DNA of 64,000 bases from the NCBI GenBank assembly GCA_963737635.1, contig CAVTTL010000001.1:2112001-2176000 (forward strand). The letters are read 5' to 3'. The stretch is from an uncultured Methanoregulaceae archaeon (GTDB lineage Archaea > Halobacteriota > Methanomicrobia > Methanomicrobiales > Methanospirillaceae). Made by a program: the position numbers and the translations under genes. The notes under the pieces were generated by a model. The model saw only the letters and a list, made by a program, of their open reading frames with translations. It searched no databases and was not told the DNA's origin. Below are positions 50,085 through 61,002 of this stretch, piece after piece (position 1 is the stretch's first letter; every line of letters starts with the position of its first letter).

Positions 50085-50708
50085 TCATTCCCACCTTCCC
50101 TCGTCCCACACTTTAAGAATATCAAGATCACGCTTCAATGTTGCCCTGCTCAGTGCCTGTGACCGGCTCAGCATCCTCTGCTGGATAAAATCGTATTCGC
50201 AGAGAATTTTGGAATTCCGGAGCAACGTTGCCCTGATCGGATGGTGCCGGTAAATGATACTTTCCTGTCGTCTGAAATGCCATTTTATTCTCTGGAAGGT
50301 GAGCCAGTCAAGTTTCATGGCCAGCGTCGCGTGGAACCTGAATTCATCTGCAGAATCCAGATCATATTTCCGTAAGGAGCAGTACGGCAAAAGCGCCTGG
50401 GACAGCTGATGCCGAAATTGTTTCAGGTTCGCATCGGGCGTAATAGTGACAAAAACGACCTTTGTGTCATCAAAAAATCCGTACCCGCCAACCTCATATT
50501 TCGGAATCTCCTTTTGGTTCGAACTTATTCTGGTGAAATCTTCGATGAGTTTTTTTTCGTCATGAGTCGAAAAGGGCCCGGCCAGAGTGATGTGTGGGAT
50601 GACCTGGTTGTCCCCGAGATTAAATTTCTGCTGTAACTGATCGCTTAAATGGCGAATCTGGCGCTTCACGGATCCCATCAGGCGGATATCTATCAGATAG
50701 TGAGTCAT
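50085..50708 (-). CDS. 2H phosphoesterase (2'-5' RNA ligase family)
   Basis: Two HxT motifs, PHITL and FHATL. Confidence 0.8.
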   Translation of the reverse strand: MTHYLIDIRLMGSVKRQIRHLSDQLQQKFNLGDNQVIPHITLAGPFSTHDEKKLIEDFTRISSNQKEIPKYEVGGYGFFDDTKVVFVTITPDANLKQFRHQLSQALLPYCSLRKYDLDSADEFRFHATLAMKLDWLTFQRIKWHFRRQESIIYRHHPIRATLLRNSKILCEYDFIQQRMLSRSQALSRATLKRDLDILKVWDEGRWE

Positions 50709-51025
50709 TCTTCCCCGCTCCGTAGTACAACTGCCTATCCGACAACCTCATGTGCAGATTTCAGGTAAAAGGGAATAATTCTGTTGTGCATGTATGATAC
50801 GATAATCAATAGTCCATGGTATGCTGCATTAACAGAACGTAAAGAAAAACTCGTAGAAACGCTTTATCGCTCCTGCTTAGTTAATGGTGCCTCTGCCATC
50901 GCTGTTTGTGTATGCTCGACGTATTCCACAACAAGACCGTCAGGGTGCTTCGCGGAGAGCCCGCGAGGCCAAGGCAGAAACAGCCGCTCCCTTTCAAGAT
51001 AGGGCAGCCGATACCACCGCGTCAC

Positions 51026-51268
51026 CTAGCTCCTGTCGCAGAAGTGGCCGATAACAAGGTTGTTCTTGTCAAAGATCTCGCAGGCCGGGCAGAAGCAGCG
51101 ATCCTCTTTCATTTGCGGGGCATTCGATATGCCGCGTGAGCAGAAGAGGCTCTCAGGCTGGTGCTGTTCAAGGTTGTTCTTCCGGTAGCTCGGGCATGCG
51201 CCGCAGTACTTCATGCAGATCTGCCGGTTCTCACTGGTATCTTCAACGGCAACCGTGCTGCTTTTCAT
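51026..51268 (-). CDS. DUF2769-like Cys-rich small protein
   Basis: C...CGACPSY...LFC..G...CFCPAC...FC pattern. Confidence 0.75.
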   Translation of the reverse strand: MKSSTVAVEDTSENRQICMKYCGACPSYRKNNLEQHQPESLFCSRGISNAPQMKEDRCFCPACEIFDKNNLVIGHFCDRS

Positions 51269-51339
51269 GATGAATGATGGTACCACCGGAATTAATAGGC
51301 TTCCTTGTCCGGGCCGGTAGACCGTATCCGGTGAAAACG

Positions 51340-52749
51340 TTAGTCCAATAATTTCAGTGCGACGCGGATATTTGTCTCGTTGAAGGGTTTGAGGATATAG
51401 CCATCCGGATCGACTTCCTTTGCCCGGTCAAGGGTATTCTTGTCGCAGCAACTGGTGATAAAAATAATGCGTGTATCCGATCGTTTCTTGATCTCGCGTG
51501 CCGCAGCAATCCCGTCCAGTTTTCCCGGCATGTTGACATCCATGAATATGAGATAGGGTTTTTCTTCCTCTGCAATCTTCACGGCTTCATCGCCGGATTT
51601 TGCCAGAACACAGTTCTCATACCCGAGATCGCTGAGCCGCTGGGATAACAGGCGCCGGATGAGCTCGCTGTCATCAACGACGAGAATTTTTATGTTTTTA
51701 TTCCTGGTATCCCCGGATTCGGGCGTTGACGATACGTCTTTCTGACGGATAGAGGATATGCTATCCCTTGGTTTCGCCGGGCTTCCGGTTTTCTTATCCA
51801 CCGGCATACCTTTATCATTCTCAGCCGGTACAGGGAGATTTTCCGGCGGTTTGGCACCACCCTCACCCGTTGCGGGCGCCGGGGGTTGACCATTCGTGAC
51901 CGTTTTGTGCTGGAGAGCCCGGTTCTCCCGCAGTCGTGTTGAGATCTCGGTAAATGCCTCGAGGCCGTTTCTCCCCATCTTGTTCTGGGCCATGACTTGG
52001 CGGAGATCCTCTTTTGAGAAAACGTTCTCTATCGCGTCAAGGTCATAGGTGCTGAGATTGCCGATACTCAGAATAGAGAAGAGGACAGGTAACCCGTTGC
52101 CGTCAAATACGGTGGAGAGCAGGTGTTTCCCCGCCTTCTCGATAAGGACAGGACGTATGCTTTTGTCGCATGCCTGAGTGAGCAGGTGGATCGCAGGCAC
52201 GCCATCCTGTTCAATTTCCGCCAGATCCTTAAGGTCGGCAATCATAATGAGTGCCGCCCGGTTGATCTTCCCGCCTTTTTTTATCACATTAAAAACGAAC
52301 TTACCACTCCGTGCACAGTCGGCTTTAACCACGTTACGGAGCATCGCCTGGTTTTCCCTGCTGATCTTATGGATCTCGCACTGAACGTCCATGCTTGATA
52401 AAAAGAGGGAAGAGAACAGTACACCCCATGCGGAGGTAAGTATGCGGGGATCCGCATTTTTGGATCCCGGCTTCAGGGAGGATTCGAACAGTTCAAGCAG
52501 CTGCGCGGGGGTAGAACTCTCAAGCGAGGAGAACAGGGAATGCGGTATGGGTGTATGGAGAAGAGACCCCTCAGGGGATTTGGGAAAGACTGCCTTTTCG
52601 ATCACTTGGATCTTGGACTCAAGTGCTGCCAGTCTGGCTTCGTACTCTTTCCTGATTCGCTCCACATCTCTCGCGGAATACGTGACCGTAGAAGATGGGC
52701 TCCTCTCGTCCTTGGTGTTTTCGCCGGTTTCCGGTATTCGTTTTTTCAT
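51340..52749 (-). CDS. Response regulator with long uncharacterised N-terminal region
   Basis: C-terminal REC domain (LVVDD, FMDV.MPG, YILKP); N-terminal coiled coil and helical region. Confidence 0.85.
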   Translation of the reverse strand: MKKRIPETGENTKDERSPSSTVTYSARDVERIRKEYEARLAALESKIQVIEKAVFPKSPEGSLLHTPIPHSLFSSLESSTPAQLLELFESSLKPGSKNADPRILTSAWGVLFSSLFLSSMDVQCEIHKISRENQAMLRNVVKADCARSGKFVFNVIKKGGKINRAALIMIADLKDLAEIEQDGVPAIHLLTQACDKSIRPVLIEKAGKHLLSTVFDGNGLPVLFSILSIGNLSTYDLDAIENVFSKEDLRQVMAQNKMGRNGLEAFTEISTRLRENRALQHKTVTNGQPPAPATGEGGAKPPENLPVPAENDKGMPVDKKTGSPAKPRDSISSIRQKDVSSTPESGDTRNKNIKILVVDDSELIRRLLSQRLSDLGYENCVLAKSGDEAVKIAEEEKPYLIFMDVNMPGKLDGIAAAREIKKRSDTRIIFITSCCDKNTLDRAKEVDPDGYILKPFNETNIRVALKLLD

Positions 52750-53043
52750 GGCAGGTAAAAGCAGCCGTATTTAGTGAGTGATAGGGTGATTTTCCACGGT
52801 AAAGATAAGGTGATTTCCCAAAGTAAGAATATCTTTCGGGAGGTTAGGATACCATCTGAAGGAAAATGTCAGTACAAACGACATCTATGGTATATAGTAA
52901 TCAGGATGTTAAAATGAAATGTGCCATGTACTCCCGGCAGAGCTGAACTGTACTACCTTCGGGTCGTACCCCGGGTCTGCACTTCCTCACGCCAGCACAC
53001 GTTACCGGCCAAGGGTCAAGACCCCAAAGAAAGAAGAAATACT

Positions 53044-53292
53044 CTATCTTCTCACGCAGTAATATCCGCCGCGGAGATGATGTTTCGTGAAGAGCTCGCA
53101 GGCCGGGCAGAAGCAACCGATCTCTTTCATATTCTGGGCACAGGACGGCCCGCGGGCGCAGAAAAGCTCTTTGGGCTCGTTCCGGTTCAGATCATGCCGC
53201 TTGTAGTTCTGGCATATCGTGCAGTATTTCCTGCAGATCTGCTTGTTCTCTTCGGTGTCCGGTACAACAGGGGCCTTGGCTGATTCAAACAT
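53044..53292 (-). CDS. DUF2769-like Cys-rich small protein (paralog)
   Basis: Same Cys spacing as 51026-51268. Confidence 0.75.
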   Translation of the reverse strand: MFESAKAPVVPDTEENKQICRKYCTICQNYKRHDLNRNEPKELFCARGPSCAQNMKEIGCFCPACELFTKHHLRGGYYCVRR

Positions 53293-53380
53293 GCAAAAAC
53301 AGGTTGGTAATGATGATTATTAGATCTTTTGTTTTTTACAGGAGAGAGGCCGGGGCAGCCTGTTGCCCCGGCCGGCATTC

Positions 53381-53940
53381 TCATTCCCGGCATAATGCAC
53401 AGAACCGTTCCACTACCTGGTCGTTTCTCACCTCGGGGTGGAACATAACCCCAAAGAGCGGCCGGTCCGGTGCCGGACGGCCTGGACACACCGGTCCGAG
53501 ACAGCCGTCACTTCCCAGCCGGGCGGTGGGTCACAGGCAAAGGAGTGCAGTTCGTAGGCCTCGAATACCGCCAGATCGCCAAGGAGCAGGTCAGGTTCGG
53601 TGACCCGGACCGCGGTCATCCCGATCTCACATGCCGAACGAAGGGCGCCTCCGTGAACGAGGCAGAGGGCCTCCATCCCGGCGCAGATCCCAAGGACGGG
53701 GACGCTAATGTCCCGGAGCCACGCGAACTCGTGCACCTTCTCGGCAAAGACGTTGTCTTTCAACGCCGTCCCGCAGAGGATGATCCCACCGGCACCTTTG
53801 AGATCCTCACCGGATATTCCGGAAAAATGCACCTCGCGCCATTCCAGCCCTGACCGGGAAACAATCTGTCCGACCGGACCCACAAACTCGTCGCGGGAGA
53901 GGGAGCCGGCCTTCCACGAGAGATCTACGAGAAGGATCAT
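53381..53940 (-). CDS. Class I glutamine amidotransferase; frameshift near 53465
   Basis: PVLGICAGME nucleophile motif; other frame supplies LFGVMFHPEV (catalytic H-x-E) and stops at 53381. Confidence 0.85.
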
Positions 53941-54617
53941 TTTGCCTCCAGTACTGCACGTTTGATCCGCAGGATGCCCCGGAAATTCGCGTACTCTTTC
54001 CCGGCTTCCAGGATAACGAGCCTCTTGGTAAAGAGAGGAGCGTCCACGACTAGCGTCTCGTACTCCCCACCCTCACCGGTGAGGGTGATCCGGTGCGATC
54101 GCACGTACTGCTGCAGGCCGGAAAACGCCTCCCGGTCGATCTCCCTCCCCAGCCAGTCCGCAGTGAAGGGAGCGGCAAAGACACCCGTGATGATGGCCCG
54201 GAAGCCGGTGGTGATCAGCTCCTTCAGGTAGAGCTCCGGGTCCACGTACCAAAGCGGGTTGAAACACCAAAGATCGAGGTCTTGGCAGATGCGCTGGACC
54301 CGGGTGGCCTGATATACCGAAAGAAGGGCACCGGTCACCACGCCCTCGATGCCATATTGTTCCACGGCAAGGCGGATGGCGCGGGAAAGATCCTCAAGCT
54401 CGGCCTCTTTGATCCCCTCGGTCTCGACCGTGACCAGCGGGAGACCGGCCGCCTCTGCCTGCAGCGGCACGAGGTGCGTATTGGGCGTGTGGAACATATA
54501 GCTCTCTTCGTTCCGGGACCGGACTGAAATAAGGCAGGCAACCTCCTCCTTCTGCATGGCGAGATGGCAGGCAAACCACGAGTCCTTGCCCCCGGAACAG
54601 AGAACACCGAGTTTCAT
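53937..54617 (-). CDS. dph6: Diphthine--ammonia ligase family ATP pyrophosphatase
   Basis: SGGKDS, SYMFH, TGALLSVYQ, PLW and GEGGEYET.VVDAPLF motifs. Confidence 0.9.
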   Translation of the reverse strand: MKLGVLCSGGKDSWFACHLAMQKEEVACLISVRSRNEESYMFHTPNTHLVPLQAEAAGLPLVTVETEGIKEAELEDLSRAIRLAVEQYGIEGVVTGALLSVYQATRVQRICQDLDLWCFNPLWYVDPELYLKELITTGFRAIITGVFAAPFTADWLGREIDREAFSGLQQYVRSHRITLTGEGGEYETLVVDAPLFTKRLVILEAGKEYANFRGILRIKRAVLEAK

Positions 54618-54696
54618 TGCGTAAAGTACTCGTCCTTCCGGCTTCTTGAATCTCTCCCTTCCAAAAAAAATCCGACCGGATCAAGCTCATGGAGTA

Positions 54697-55332
54697 TTAT
54701 TCACGCTTCTTTCCGGTCATCAAAAAAATGGTAAATGTTCGCATCTCCCCAGAGGGGCTTGGCTTTTGGGCGACTGCCGCCGTCCGGTTCCGCACCTCAC
54801 AAAAACCGGCGGTCTCGAAGTACTTCATCATCGCACACCGGTCAAACCCGTTATGGAACACGCCTTCATGCGTATCGTGGAATTTCCCTTCATCGGAATC
54901 GAGATCGGCAATGGCAACCCGGCCCGAGGGCTTGAGGACGCCGGCAATCCGGTCGAGCAGCATCCCAACGTCCCGGATATGGTGAAAGGTCATGCTGCTG
55001 ACCACCAGATCAAATTGCCCTTCCAACCTGCCCCCTTGTTCCAGATCCACGACTTGGGTCCGGACATTCGCAAACTTCTGCGCCCGGACCTTCGCATCCA
55101 GGACATCAAGCATGCCCTGCAAGCTGTCGACGGCGGTAATTGAACGAACGTGAGGGTGGAGCGCGAGGGTCAGGAGACCGGTCCCGGCACCGAAGTCCAG
55201 AACATCTATATCCGGTCCTGGCTTCACCGTCTCGATAATTGCCCGGGCCACGTCATGTGCCAGTTTTACCCTGCCCGGGTTCTCGTCCCATGTTGCCGCT
55301 TCTTTGTCAAAATTGCATTTTTCACCGGCCAT
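54697..55332 (-). CDS. Class I SAM-dependent methyltransferase
   Basis: VLDFGAGTG, FDLVVSSMTFHH and LKPSG motifs. Confidence 0.92.
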   Translation of the reverse strand: MAGEKCNFDKEAATWDENPGRVKLAHDVARAIIETVKPGPDIDVLDFGAGTGLLTLALHPHVRSITAVDSLQGMLDVLDAKVRAQKFANVRTQVVDLEQGGRLEGQFDLVVSSMTFHHIRDVGMLLDRIAGVLKPSGRVAIADLDSDEGKFHDTHEGVFHNGFDRCAMMKYFETAGFCEVRNRTAAVAQKPSPSGEMRTFTIFLMTGKKRE

Positions 55333-55525
55333 ATCAGTGACCGGACTGTGGGCAGGATAAACGGAAATAATGCACGGATCGGTATAACCCCGGAGTTATC
55401 CCTTTTACCCGCGAGGAACAGGGTCAGAAACCCGATCATCGGGTCAATACATAAGGAGACCGGGTGAAGGATGGATCACAGTGCATGGATAACGAGAGCA
55501 TCATGCAAAAGGAGGGGAAAAACCT

Positions 55526-55672
55526 TTGAGGATATTCAGATGCGAATGCTGCAAAAAGCCCTGTATGTTGACCACACTCGACAACGAAGTCATGAAATTT
55601 TGTCCGGTCGACAGTAAACCGGTAGAGTGGAAACAGATCGGCCAAGACCAGAAGATCGCATGTGCAACCTGA
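55526..55672 (+). CDS. 48-aa Cys-rich microprotein, possible zinc ribbon (absent from ORF track)
   Basis: GGAGG SD then TTG; MRIFRCECCKKPCMLTTLDNEVMKFCPVDSKPVEWKQIGQDQKIACAT. Confidence 0.6.
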   Translation: MRIFRCECCKKPCMLTTLDNEVMKFCPVDSKPVEWKQIGQDQKIACAT

Positions 55673-55674
55673 AC

Positions 55675-55850
55675 GAGAAAACAGACTGCGGCACAGGTGA
55701 AACATGAGGTACCGGCATCAGAGACCGAGAATGTCCTGTCCCCGCCAGTCACGGTCGAGGCGGACGGGACGAATACTACGATCCACCTCGGGAAAAAGAA
55801 AGGCGAAAACCCGGGCGGGACAACAACATCTTTTTCTTTAATACCTGTAA
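55675..55850 (-). pseudogene. Degenerate fragment of an EFR1-type ferredoxin gene
   Basis: VVPPGFSP...FSVSDAGTSCFTCAAVC aligns with VVPPGFSP...FSASDACTSCGTCAAVC in 60170-61002. Confidence 0.65.
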
Positions 55851-56048
55851 TCGTGAAGCAGGCATACAAAATAGATCCAATTCTTACTGCAATTTTTAAC
55901 GAAACAGGAGAATCGCACCGGAATTTCAACCAACGTTCATATACCGGCACGACCTGACCTTCATGGTAGTACTTTTGTTATTTCCCGTCAGGGGTATCGG
56001 CTATTTCATCTCACCCGTGCAACCTCACATGTCACAAATGCGATCATC

Positions 56049-57146
56049 ATGATTCGGGCTCCTGCTGCCATCTTCAAACGGGATTTCAAAAAGTTCCTGA
56101 GTAACCCGGCCGTCGTCGTGATGACGCTCCTGTTTCCTCTCCTGTACCTGGTGGTCTTCGGGAATGCTCTCGGGGGCACGATCAGCCACATCCCGGTCGG
56201 GGTCGTCCAGGAAGTCCCGCCATACAATGACACGCCGCTTTATACGAGCGCCGTCTACCAGCTCAACCACATCGGCCAGGGCAGCCAGAACGATGCCCAG
56301 AAACAGCTGGATGTTACCACGTACACCGATGAAGCCCAGGCAAAACAGGATCTGCAGAACGGGAAAATCTCTGCGGTTATTGTATTCCCATCAGCTGTTT
56401 CAAGCGATCACGCTGTCCGGGTCTATGTCGACAGACTCGGATTCCATAACACCCCCGCTCGTTGAGGCCGGGGTAACCCAGGTCCTGCGGAGCCTTGGAG
56501 CGCACAACCCGGTCATCATCGATAAGATCTACGGCGATATCACGTATCTCCAGTTCTTTGGGGTGGGCGTTATTATGATGGCCATCTTCACCTCAACCAT
56601 GTTCGGAAGCGGCATGGCACTTATCCAGGATCGGGAGAACGGTGTCCACGAAGGGTACTGGTAACACCGGTGAAGCGATCGAGTATCATTTTTGGCATTA
56701 TTTTAAGCGGTACCATCAAGGCATTTATTGCGGGATTTGCCCTTTTCTGGATCGACTTGTTGATCACCGGCATCACCCTCCAGAGTGCCCAGGACTTCGT
56801 GCTGGTCGTGCTGGTTATCTTGTTAACCTGTATCGGGTTGACGAGCCTTGTAGTCTCTTTTGCATCCCGGTTTACCACACAACAGGCGTATTCATCGGTC
56901 ATCGCATTTTTCAACTTTATTCTTTTTATGACCTCTGGGGTATTTTACCCGGTGATCGGTATGCCCGGCTGGCTGCGCTGGATAACAGTCATCAATCCGG
57001 AGTACTACAGCATCCATGCATTGAGAAGCATCATCCTGAGAAACCAGAGTTTTAACGTGATCGGCATCGACCTTGTTGCCCTCCTGATCTTCTCATCGGC
57101 GATGATTATCCTCGGGATCGTCACTTTCCGCCGTACCATGGAATAA
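56049..57146 (+). CDS. ABC-2 permease; two frameshifts (near 56434 and 56659)
   Basis: Three consecutive ORF pieces give TM1, an extracellular loop, DRENG..EGY/LVTPVKRS and SGVFYP..GMPGWL...NPEYY. Confidence 0.85.
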
Positions 57147-57237
57147 AGGTACCGTTGCAAGGGCAGTTGCCGGGGATTTTCACGAAGAAAATGAGTTAGG
57201 ACCGGTTCTGATAGGTTCGGAACCAGCCATCCGATTA

Positions 57238-58374
57238 TTAGATCCTTTTTATCTCGCTCACTTTCAGGATATCAGTTCGGGTTACAATGCCGACGATCTT
57301 ACCGTCTTGGACTATCGGGATCCTCCCGATGTTACGTGCTGACATGATCCTGAATGCGTCCATCACCGGTGCGGACGGAGGGAGGGTGATCGGGTTGTGG
57401 GACATGATCTCGCTGACATGTATTGCCTCGTGATTGGCTTGCGGGATACGGTTCACATCCACAAGCGTAATCATGCCTACGAGTTTATCCTGTTCGACGA
57501 CCGGGAAACCGAGGTGCTTGGTTGTCAGCATCATCTCGATCACCTTTGAAAGCGGCAGGGTCGGTGTCACAACCGTCACCGGAGAACTCATCGTGGTACC
57601 CACAGTAACATCATGCAGCAGGTAGGTGAACTGGTCCATGGTGGATTCAGAGCTAGCCCCAATATAGACAAAAAGGGCGATCAGGATCAGGAATGGGTTC
57701 AGAATGAGAAGACCGACAATGCCGAAAATAATCGCAAAAGCCTTGCCAATATTGGCAGCGATTCGGGTCGCCTTATGGATAGGCATCCGTTTTGCCAGCA
57801 TCGCCCGGAGCACCCTGCCGCCGTCCATGGGGAAGGCAGGAATCATGTTAAATGCAAAGAGGAGGACGTTAAGCACTGCGAGATAGCCGAAGATAAAAAT
57901 GAGGACGCCGGCGGTTGCGGTGTCTGTAGTTATGTCGGGTATAAAGTAGACGATAACGCCGCAGACTATACCGAAGAGAAGGCTGGTGAGCGGCCCGACA
58001 AGTGCCATCGGGAACTCGACTTTGGGATCCGGTACTCCTACATCTTCCATCTGGGAGACGCCACCGAAGATCAGCAGGGTTATGCTCTGGATCTTCACGC
58101 CATTTTGCCGGGCGATGATGCAATGGGCTATCTCGTGGACCAGGACGCCAAAAAAGAGACCAAGGGCGACGATGGTCCCGAGGATCCAGGGCATGAATCC
58201 CGCCGTGATCAGTGATGGATCTATCGGGACCTGAAAGAGACCCCTGATAGTATCTGTCGTCAGTGAAATTTGGCTGCCGATGATCCAGGCTAAAAGCGGG
58301 ATCACGATTAGAAATGTGTAATGGATAAGAATAGGAATGCCGAATATCCGCCCGATTTGATATGACCCTTTCAT
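57238..58374 (-). CDS. M50 site-2 metalloprotease with CBS pair
   Basis: HEIAH, FNMIPAFPMDGGR and two C-terminal CBS domains. Confidence 0.94.
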   Translation of the reverse strand: MKGSYQIGRIFGIPILIHYTFLIVIPLLAWIIGSQISLTTDTIRGLFQVPIDPSLITAGFMPWILGTIVALGLFFGVLVHEIAHCIIARQNGVKIQSITLLIFGGVSQMEDVGVPDPKVEFPMALVGPLTSLLFGIVCGVIVYFIPDITTDTATAGVLIFIFGYLAVLNVLLFAFNMIPAFPMDGGRVLRAMLAKRMPIHKATRIAANIGKAFAIIFGIVGLLILNPFLILIALFVYIGASSESTMDQFTYLLHDVTVGTTMSSPVTVVTPTLPLSKVIEMMLTTKHLGFPVVEQDKLVGMITLVDVNRIPQANHEAIHVSEIMSHNPITLPPSAPVMDAFRIMSARNIGRIPIVQDGKIVGIVTRTDILKVSEIKRI

Positions 58375-58513
58375 GATGTATGGATTATCATCAACATAGT
58401 AATACCTTCGGGAATAGACACCGGGAGTTTCATCCTGAACTCACTTCTCAATCTCCGGGCAGGCACAAACACTTTATTCAGTATCGAAGAACCATCCTCA
58501 AAGGAGGATACCT

Positions 58514-58963
58514 GTGGCTGAAGAAAGTATTGCAATGCGTGACGTGGATCACCGCATCCACCTGATTCCGGTAAAAAAGGTGCTGATGCTCAGTATCGAA
58601 CATTCCGCTATCAAAAAAGGGGAAATTGAGCAGTATGAAATCTCGTGCACGCTCAGACTTTCTTCGGAAGGAGGAGCGCACCAGTTCGAAGATACGATCC
58701 GTCTCTCCTTCGCTGCAGCCCGGATGCCTGGCCAGCAATTTATGACTGAACTGACGTTTGTCCAGAACCACATCATAAAAAATGCGTTTGATCAGATATT
58801 GTCCGGAGAACTATGCAGCTGTAATCCTGACGACCCTCTCGCAAAGGAATGCGGGGTTTCCCTGGCCTCGATTGTCATGGCTCGGATGAATACCTCCAAG
58901 ATGCTCAAAGAAGTACTTGCCCATCACGGTGGGCTGCCGGATTCGATGGTTTTCACCCATTAA
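58514..58963 (+). CDS. Hypothetical protein
   Basis: 149-aa ORF with GGAGG SD and GTG start. Confidence 0.65.
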   Translation: MAEESIAMRDVDHRIHLIPVKKVLMLSIEHSAIKKGEIEQYEISCTLRLSSEGGAHQFEDTIRLSFAAARMPGQQFMTELTFVQNHIIKNAFDQILSGELCSCNPDDPLAKECGVSLASIVMARMNTSKMLKEVLAHHGGLPDSMVFTH

Positions 58964-60156
58964 GTGCTAGTGCTCACGGATCTCTTATCGCGGCGCGACA
59001 TATCTTCACCGGGGGCTTTCCCACTTCCGTCCCCGCGTCCACGAGTACCCTGAACCCATGCCCGGTTCTTCCAGAGCGCACACCCACCGTTTGTCTCGGT
59101 AAGGAGATGATGGTTAGACCGTATTGTGTAGAGCAACGGGGACCTGAGGGCTTCGCGGAGAGAGACCCAGGCCAGGTTCATATCCGAGAATGGCGCTGCC
59201 GGGCAGGCTTCGAGATCGCCGGAGGGGCTGACGTGAATAAAGCCCCGGCCGGCAGCAAGGCAGCCCCCAAAAGCAGTTTCGTCTCCGGGAAAACCAACGA
59301 AGAGTGCGGGATACTTCTTATTGAGCGCAGAAATGCAGTTGTGCAGTACCTTCTGCCGGTCGGAACCGAGAACAAGATCCTCGGTAGCAGGGTCAACCGG
59401 CACGTACTGGACATAGACAAAAACCCGGACACCGGCATCCAGCATCTCCCGGACAAACAGGTCCGAGGTCACGAGATCCGCATTGGATCTGGTAACAGTC
59501 ACCGAACAGCCAAAGAAGATGCCATTCTTTTTGAGCCGGGAACAAACGCCAAGCAGCCGGTCGTAAACACCGGTACCCCGGCGCTCGTCAGTCTCGTCCC
59601 GGAACCCTTCGAAGCTGATCATCGGGACGATATTTTTTGTTGCCCCAAGTTCCTGCGCAGTGGCCTCATCGATCATAAGACCGTTTGAGAAGACCGGGAA
59701 GAGGATCCGAGGGTACATCCGGGCAAGACTGCTAATCTCTGTTTTCCGGATCAAGGGTTCTCCACCGGCAAGAACGATAATCGAGACCCCGAGCCCGGCT
59801 GCCTCGGCAACAAGGGAACGGAGTTGTCCGGGGTCCAGTTCCCGGGCCGGACCAGCGTGGGTGCCTCGCATGTAGCACCCACGACAGGCAAGGTTGCACT
59901 GTGAAGTCACGCTCACGAACACGGCAGGGGGAACCAGCAGCCCCTCTTTCTCCTGTGCACTGCGCAGAGCTGCCGCTTTGTGCTGCCACGCGAGGATCCG
60001 CGTACCGGCAAACACCAGTGACGAATCGGCAGCTATGATGCGGAGGGCATGGCTAAGGGCGTCTGATATGGAGTCGTCAAGAAGCCCCCGGTAGTGCCGG
60101 GCTGGTCCCGGCGATCCCTTAGGCACATGAGCTGAGCGCTGTTCCATGAACCACAC
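58960..60156 (-). CDS. Radical SAM / SPASM-twitch domain protein
   Basis: CNLACRGC, GGEP and GCLAAGRGFIHVSPSGDLEACP. Start uncertain. Confidence 0.9.
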   Translation of the reverse strand: MWFMEQRSAHVPKGSPGPARHYRGLLDDSISDALSHALRIIAADSSLVFAGTRILAWQHKAAALRSAQEKEGLLVPPAVFVSVTSQCNLACRGCYMRGTHAGPARELDPGQLRSLVAEAAGLGVSIIVLAGGEPLIRKTEISSLARMYPRILFPVFSNGLMIDEATAQELGATKNIVPMISFEGFRDETDERRGTGVYDRLLGVCSRLKKNGIFFGCSVTVTRSNADLVTSDLFVREMLDAGVRVFVYVQYVPVDPATEDLVLGSDRQKVLHNCISALNKKYPALFVGFPGDETAFGGCLAAGRGFIHVSPSGDLEACPAAPFSDMNLAWVSLREALRSPLLYTIRSNHHLLTETNGGCALWKNRAWVQGTRGRGDGSGKAPGEDMSRRDKRSVSTST

Positions 60157-60169
60157 TACCTTGGAATGA

Positions 60170-61002
60170 TCACTGCTCCATTCCGGTCGATGCGTCCTGA
60201 CGCGATCGCCCTTTCTGGACTTTCATGTCACTAAGTTTGAGGCCGGGATGACGATACCTACCTCGTCCTTTTGTTCCCTGCATCATGGCAAGCTGGATGG
60301 CCTCGACCGGGCAGAAATGAAGGCAGGCGCAGCAGAGTTCGCACCGGTGCTGCCATACCGGCCGGCCCTGTTCCATGACAATATTTCCCACCGGGCAGAC
60401 CGCGGCACAGGTGCCACAGGACGTGCAGGCGTCAGAGGCCGAGAATTTCTTGTCAATTTCATGAACGCCCCGGGAGAACGGGCCATACAACGCCATCCTT
60501 ATCAGGGATGATAAGGGCGAGAACCCGGGCGGGACAACAGCTCCCTTTTCGATCTGTCCCGCGATCGCCGCGAGGCGTACATCTGCTGCTGCAAGGATCT
60601 GATCCCGCTTTTCACCCACCGGAGGCCGGCCGACCGGAGGAAAATTCCCGGGCATCTTGACGATAAAAGCGGCATCAAGCTTCTTTCCCTGCCGTTTTTC
60701 GAGGATATGGTTGAGCTGGTGTAGCGCAGAGACCCCGGTCCCGCCGAGCGTCACAATGGCAAAGCTGTACTGGGCCTGATAGAGGTCGAGCCGACCGGCA
60801 AATTCTGCCACGATGACCGGGACGCCCGAATCATAGACCGGGCAGACGATCCCGACACGTTCGGCCGGCGGTACGATATCACCGGTGGTATCCTTCAGCG
60901 ATGCGATCGGTACAGCTCGCAGCTCCCAAGAGCTGCAGCGATCTTCTGTGCAGCGGCAAGCGAGTTGCCGGTGCCGGTAAAATAATAGATAATCGTCTTC
61001 AT
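60170..61002 (-). CDS. EFR1-type flavodoxin-ferredoxin protein; frameshift near 60912
   Basis: MKTIIYYFTGTGNSL start in one frame; main frame has CPVY, CTSCGTCAAVCP, CELCCACLHFCP and RYRHP. Confidence 0.85.

Noticed and set aside
57204-57224. GGTTCTGA-TAGGT-TCGGAACC as another palindromic element
   Set aside because: Only 21 bp and between convergent genes; a simple hairpin/terminator explains it.
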